DNA of 64,000 nucleotides from Myxococcales bacterium (GTDB lineage Bacteria; UBA10199; 2-02-FULL-44-16; JAAZCA01): NCBI GenBank assembly GCA_012513515.1, contig JAAZCA010000031.1, positions 19,905 to 83,904 of the forward strand, read 5' to 3'. Shown piece by piece: positions 59,885 to 64,000 of this stretch (position 1 is its first letter; each line of letters starts with the position of its first letter). The notes under the pieces were generated by a model. It saw only the letters and a program-made list of their open reading frames with translations, ran no database searches and was not told where the DNA came from. The position numbers and the translations under genes were made by a program.

Positions 59885-60008
59885 ACTCATCCTCACGAAA
59901 TTTTGGCGCTGGCCGAATCACCTCTCATTATGCGATCGGTAAAATTTGTCGCATCAAAAATTACACTATTGAAATCAATCAGTTGAATAGGGCATTGAGG
60001 GCCGCCTT

Positions 60009-60025
60009 CTGGCCCGTGATTTGCA
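60009..60025 (+). promoter_or_regulatory. Sigma54 (-24/-12) promoter
   Basis: CTGGCCCG-TGAT-TTGCA fits TGGC-N7-TTGC, 25 nt upstream of ATG 60051. Confidence 0.65.
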
Positions 60026-60050
60026 AATTTATATCGCCAGAGGCTGCGAG

Positions 60051-60221
60051 ATGAAGATACCGGCTGGGATCATAATGGAGAAGATGCGGCGCGAGAGGCG
60101 CGAAAGGGAGATGGAGGAGGCGCACCGCATCCCATTGATCCCCGTCGATGAAATGCGGGAGAGGCCAGAAAGCACTCATAGGGACAGGGAGTCGGAAAAA
60201 GTCATCGTCATAGAGCTGTGA
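60051..60221 (+). CDS. Small highly charged hypothetical protein
   Basis: MKIPAGIIMEKMRRERRERE...KVIVIEL; sigma54 site upstream, terminator downstream. Confidence 0.7.
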   Translation: MKIPAGIIMEKMRRERREREMEEAHRIPLIPVDEMRERPESTHRDRESEKVIVIEL

Positions 60222-60237
60222 CGATTGCATAGCCCAA

Positions 60238-60274
60238 AGAAAAACCCCCTCAACCTTGCGGCGAGGGGGTTTTT
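60238..60274. terminator. Bidirectional terminator
   Basis: AAAAACCCCCTC...GAGGGGGTTTTT between convergent small genes. Confidence 0.8.
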
Positions 60275-60290
60275 CTCATTTCTGACTGTT

Positions 60291-60482
60291 TTACGATGCT
60301 AAGCTGCTGTGCCTCGCGAACAGAACGACACCGGCTATTATCGAAACCGCGCCAATCACGATCTGCGCTACGGGCGATCCATCGAAAAGATTCGCCAGGC
60401 CACGGCTAACCGGCGGCAGGGTGTTTATCAGCCCGCCTATCAAAAGCATTATCGCCCCAAACGTGACAGCATTCATCTTCAT
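60291..60482 (-). CDS. Small 2-TM membrane protein
   Basis: RBS GGAGGAGGAG before ATG 60482; two hydrophobic helices. Confidence 0.65.
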   Translation of the reverse strand: MKMNAVTFGAIMLLIGGLINTLPPVSRGLANLFDGSPVAQIVIGAVSIIAGVVLFARHSSLAS

Positions 60483-60754
60483 CTCCTCCTCCTTTGTTTT
60501 CGGTTTCGACCGGCGGAAACTTCCAAGGCCGCGCGCTGCCATTCCGCCTGATTTTTTTCGAAACCGTTCGATCTTGAAGGGGATGATACAGATGAAAAAA
60601 GATCCTTCCAAGAAAAATATCGCGTAACTATTTGATATTGCGTCATTTTTTGTGCGGCGCGTCGGCGGCCGGAAAGGCGCGCAAAGACTGACGATTCAGG
60701 CAAAAATGATGCGGCACCGCCCTGACACATCGCAAAACAAAAACCGCCATAAGC

Positions 60755-61111
60755 TCATTTTTTTTGAATCTGCTTTACCGAAATTTTTGTTTCGTACTCG
60801 CCCTTCACGTTACAGATCGCCCTGACAGATATTTCATCGCCATCTTGCGCCGCGAATTTTATCGGAGGCATCGTCTGCTGGCGGCGGCTGGTCTGAAAGT
60901 CGAATTCCTTCTTCGCAATTACCTCGCCGCCGCGAGAGAGAATCACTTCTTTTACAAAATGTTTCGAAGGATCATTAACCATGTGCTCCACGGCGATATT
61001 CATTTCCTGCCTGTTTTTACTGTAGGAGGCCTTGATAAAATGCGGCGGGTCAGCAAAGGCGGTGGCAGCAAGAAAAAAAATCGACGAAACCAACAGAAAA
61101 AACTTTTTCAT
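60755..61111 (-). CDS. Small exported protein (desulfoferrodoxin/SOR-like Ig fold, uncertain)
   Basis: Signal peptide; EHMVNDPSKHF and AICNVKG segments. Confidence 0.6.
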   Translation of the reverse strand: MKKFFLLVSSIFFLAATAFADPPHFIKASYSKNRQEMNIAVEHMVNDPSKHFVKEVILSRGGEVIAKKEFDFQTSRRQQTMPPIKFAAQDGDEISVRAICNVKGEYETKISVKQIQKK

Positions 61112-61148
61112 GACTAGATCCTTTGAGGGCTTGGAATATTCTCCGATT

Positions 61149-61523
61149 TTATTTTACGTCAGATCGCAAATCATCCAGCGACTTAATGAGATTCGTCAGC
61201 ATTTTTGCAATCACATCAAGCTGCTCGTAATATTTGGCATATTGCTCTTCACTGACAAGAGTTTTTCGGTGCAGGACTTGAATAATTGGCACGCACTCAA
61301 ATGTGGAGCCACGAGCTATCCATAAAAACTGGCGTTTTTCACCTTTGTGCCATCGGCCGTTGCCTTCGGCGATGTTCAAGGGAACTGAAAGTGCAGCACG
61401 GGAAAGTTGGTCGATGAGAGAATAGGAAGTTTTGCCTTTAAGATATTCACAGAGAGATTCGACGGTTTCGACCCAATCGAGCGACTTCTGATAAACTTCA
61501 AGTTTTTCAAACTGAAATGACAT
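61149..61523 (-). CDS. Four-helix-bundle protein (23S rRNA intervening-sequence protein family)
   Basis: FEKLEVYQK, LIDQLSRAALSVPLNIAEG, FLWIARGSTFEC. Confidence 0.93.
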   Translation of the reverse strand: MSFQFEKLEVYQKSLDWVETVESLCEYLKGKTSYSLIDQLSRAALSVPLNIAEGNGRWHKGEKRQFLWIARGSTFECVPIIQVLHRKTLVSEEQYAKYYEQLDVIAKMLTNLIKSLDDLRSDVK

Positions 61524-61535
61524 GCAGATTTTAAC

Positions 61536-61633
61536 CTCTATTTTCTATTCTCCATTTTCTATTTTCTCGACTTTTCGCCTACGTCAGTAGCAACCAACCC
61601 CGGAAAATAGAAGAATAGAAAATGGAAAATAGA
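61536..61633. repeat. Imperfect inverted repeat of CTATTTT-type heptamers
   Basis: CTCTATTTTCTATTCTCCATTTTCTATTTTC ... GAAAATAGAAGAATAGAAAATGGAAAATAGAG. Confidence 0.8.
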
Positions 61634-61661
61634 GGACGACTTTTCGCCAGAAAAGTCGTTG

Positions 61662-61735
61662 CGCGCCCGGGAGGATTCGAACCTCCGGCCCTCTGATCCG
61701 TAGTCAGATACTCTAATCCGCTGAGCTACGGGCGC
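61662..61735 (-). tRNA. tRNA-Arg (anticodon ACG)
   Basis: GCGCCCG/CGGGCGC acceptor; TCTGA-CTACGGA-TCAGA anticodon arm; GGTTCGAATCC. Confidence 0.95.
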
Positions 61736-61756
61736 GTAATTCCATTCAAGAACCCG

Positions 61757-63139
61757 TTATAAGGACTCGAAGGTCCCCTGAAAAAAGCGCAGATCGTGCG
61801 GCTCGAACTTGAATTTCAACCCTTTGACTTCACTTCTGCGCTTCCACACCCTTTTTAGAGACTCCACCACGACATCCATATGGGAATTCGTGTAAACCCT
61901 TCGCGGGATGGTAAGGCGAACGAGCTCTAGCTTCGGCAACCTGTTCTGACCGGTGGTGTGATCCCTTCCGGCAGAGACTATTCCTCGTTCCATCGAACGA
62001 ACTCCGCTTTCTATGTAGAGCTCAGCGGCGAGCCGCTGTGCCGGATACTGTTCCTGAGGTATATGCGGAAAGAAGGCCTTTGCATCGACGAAGACGGCAT
62101 GACCGCCGATCGGACGGACGACAGGTATGTCGGCCTGCATACAGCTACGGCCTAGATATTCTACTTGGTTTATTCTCCAGTTTATTATTTCCTCGTTTTC
62201 AGCTGCCTCCTTGAAACCGCGTGCGACCGCTTCCATGTCACGCCCAGCCATACCGCCGTAAGTATGAAGACCTTCGAACACGACCACCAGATTTTTTGCA
62301 TCGATGAAAAATTTTTCCTCATTCATCGCAAGCCATCCACCGATATTCACGTATGCGTCCTTTTTTGCCGACATCGTGCATGCATCGGTGTAGGAGCAAA
62401 GCTCCCGGCAGATATCTTTCAGGCTCTTGTTCGAATATCCCTGTTCGCGTTTCCTGATGAAATAACAATTTTCCAAAACGCGCGCCGCATCTAGCACAAC
62501 CTTGATACCGTTCCTCCTGCAGTACTTTGAAACCTCACGCATATTGGCCATCGATACGGGCTGCCCGCCTGCCATATTGACTGGCGCACCTACCGTTATG
62601 TAGGCAACTCTGTCAGCTCCGAATTCATTTACGATCTTTTCCAGTTTCGCCAGATCTACATTCCCCTTAAACGGATTATCCGCATAGGGATCGTGCGCAT
62701 CGTCGATTATCACATCGTGGAAAGTTGCGCCGGCCATTTCCTGATGAAGGCGGGTCGTTGTGAAATACATATTTCCAGGAACGTGGTCGCCTGGCTTGAT
62801 GAGACACTTTGAAAGTATGTGCTCGGCCCCTCTCCCCTGATGAGTGGGAACGATGTACTTGTATCCCATGACATCGCGAACGACCTCTTCTAAAAAATAA
62901 TAATTCTTGCTGCCGGCATACGCCTCATCACCGAGCATCATACCCGCCCACTGATAGTCGCTCATGGCGGAGGTTCCGGAGTCGGTCAAGAGGTCTATCC
63001 ACACATCTTCGCTCTTTAAAAGAAAGGTATTCCAGCCAGCCTCTTTCATCGCCCTTTCGCGTTCCGATCGTGTCTTGATCTTGATATGCTCCACCATTTT
63101 AATTTTATAAGGTTCCGCCATCATCATTATGTCATCCAT
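61757..63139 (-). CDS. tpl: Tyrosine phenol-lyase
   Basis: IDLLTDSGT, GDEAYAGS, GNMYFTTTR, SAKKD; TPL-type SMERGIVSAGR and LRFF. Confidence 0.88.
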   Translation of the reverse strand: MDDIMMMAEPYKIKMVEHIKIKTRSERERAMKEAGWNTFLLKSEDVWIDLLTDSGTSAMSDYQWAGMMLGDEAYAGSKNYYFLEEVVRDVMGYKYIVPTHQGRGAEHILSKCLIKPGDHVPGNMYFTTTRLHQEMAGATFHDVIIDDAHDPYADNPFKGNVDLAKLEKIVNEFGADRVAYITVGAPVNMAGGQPVSMANMREVSKYCRRNGIKVVLDAARVLENCYFIRKREQGYSNKSLKDICRELCSYTDACTMSAKKDAYVNIGGWLAMNEEKFFIDAKNLVVVFEGLHTYGGMAGRDMEAVARGFKEAAENEEIINWRINQVEYLGRSCMQADIPVVRPIGGHAVFVDAKAFFPHIPQEQYPAQRLAAELYIESGVRSMERGIVSAGRDHTTGQNRLPKLELVRLTIPRRVYTNSHMDVVVESLKRVWKRRSEVKGLKFKFEPHDLRFFQGTFESL

Positions 63140-63246
63140 AAATCCTCCTAGTTAAAACCGGCGAAGGCCGGGGATAGGCTTATAATAAGACTCTGAAAGC
63201 GATGCAATACAGAAATCCGGCCACAAGAGCTCAGCCCAGCGCTGTT

Positions 63247-63636
63247 TCAGCCGTAATAGGCTATCGCTTCTATTTCGACATCCACGTTTTTGGGCAGGCT
63301 TTTCACCGCAATGCAGGCTCTGGCGGGCTTATATTCTCCAAAATATGAAGCATAGACCTCGTTTACCGCTCCAAAATTGTTCATATCCGACAGGAAGATG
63401 GTCGTTTTTGCGACATCGTTGAAAGTGAGCCCTTCTGCTGCCAGCACTTCTTTCAAGTTGTTCATAACAAGCTTTGCCTGTTCAGCGGCATTTCCGCCGA
63501 ATAGTTTAAGCTCTCCGCTCTTCGGGTCGATCGGAAGCTGGCCCGAGCAAAATAAAATATTCCCAGCCTGAACGGCCTGGCTGTAGGGGCCGACGGCCTT
63601 CGGGGCATTCTCTGTCGATATCATCTTCAGAGGCAT
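63247..63636 (-). CDS. ridA: RidA family enamine/imine deaminase
   Basis: APKAVGPYSQAV, SGQLPIDP, VNEVYASYF, PARACI, LPKNVDVEIEAIA. Confidence 0.92.
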   Translation of the reverse strand: MPLKMISTENAPKAVGPYSQAVQAGNILFCSGQLPIDPKSGELKLFGGNAAEQAKLVMNNLKEVLAAEGLTFNDVAKTTIFLSDMNNFGAVNEVYASYFGEYKPARACIAVKSLPKNVDVEIEAIAYYG

Positions 63637-63678
63637 AAACAGCATCCTTTCGTTACAGTTTTCTATCAAACTATCGCA

Positions 63679-64000
63679 CTACTTCGAACGTTCAACCCAC
63701 ACGTTAGCCAAAGATATAACCGTTTTTAACGCAGCCTCGATAGTCTCAACTGTATTCCATTCGTTGAGGCTGTGCATGTTCTGCATTCCTATAAATAGAT
63801 TTGTCGAAATAAGCCCTCTGAAACAAAGATGACATGAGTCGTTGCCGCCGCGAACATAGTTAAGTTTCGGCGTCAGACCTATCCTCTTCATCGCCTCTTT
63901 GGCGTATTCAACCACGCGCGGATCCTTATCAAGCTCGTACTTGTAATTTTTGTATGTCTCCTTGATGTCGATATCTATCTTGGCTTTCGGAAATTCCTTG
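63679..64000 (-). CDS. pepT: Peptidase T-like tripeptidase (M20B), 3' part only
   Basis: Frame open to the window end: KETYKNY...VRGGNDS...NLFIGMQNMHSLNEW. Confidence 0.8.
   Translation of the reverse strand, partial: KEFPKAKIDIDIKETYKNYKYELDKDPRVVEYAKEAMKRIGLTPKLNYVRGGNDSCHLCFRGLISTNLFIGMQNMHSLNEWNTVETIEAALKTVISLANVWVERSK

Noticed and set aside
61149-61523. Diversity-generating retroelement (Avd-like gene)
   Set aside because: No reverse transcriptase and no template/variable repeat pair with adenine-specific mismatches were seen; the 114-bp repeat is exact.

Overview
Bacterial chromosomal window, apparently from a deltaproteobacterial-type lineage (inferred from MYXO-CTERM-like sorting tails, hopanoid genes hpnH/hpnG, CIRCE-controlled groESL and a sigma54 site). 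It is mostly housekeeping and peptide/amino-acid catabolism (pepA, pepT, Lon-like, M42-like and two S8 proteases, tryptophanase, tyrosine phenol-lyase, two RidA, serS, cdd, two tRNAs). No CRISPR array, prophage, integrase or transposase was seen. Notable signals: (1) a fixed-spacing motif GCAAC-N14-NNCGA(T/G)AA, like an alternative-sigma promoter, in front of an orphan gene, a hydrolase-dead RelA with an odd N-terminal extension, a surface-anchored S8 protease and (twice) a 3-gene orphan locus containing a signal-less protein with a beta-barrel-like C-terminus; (2) about 12 intergenic mosaic repeat cassettes built from shuffled hairpin and heptamer modules with compensatory substitutions; (3) a Fic gene bracketed by a perfect 114-bp direct repeat that duplicates the 3' end of the upstream gene; (4) a stand-alone subtilase-prodomain-like gene next to an S8 protease; (5) a CDP-alcohol phosphotransferase fused to an apparently catalytically dead alkaline-phosphatase-superfamily domain. 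All calls are by eye, without database searches.
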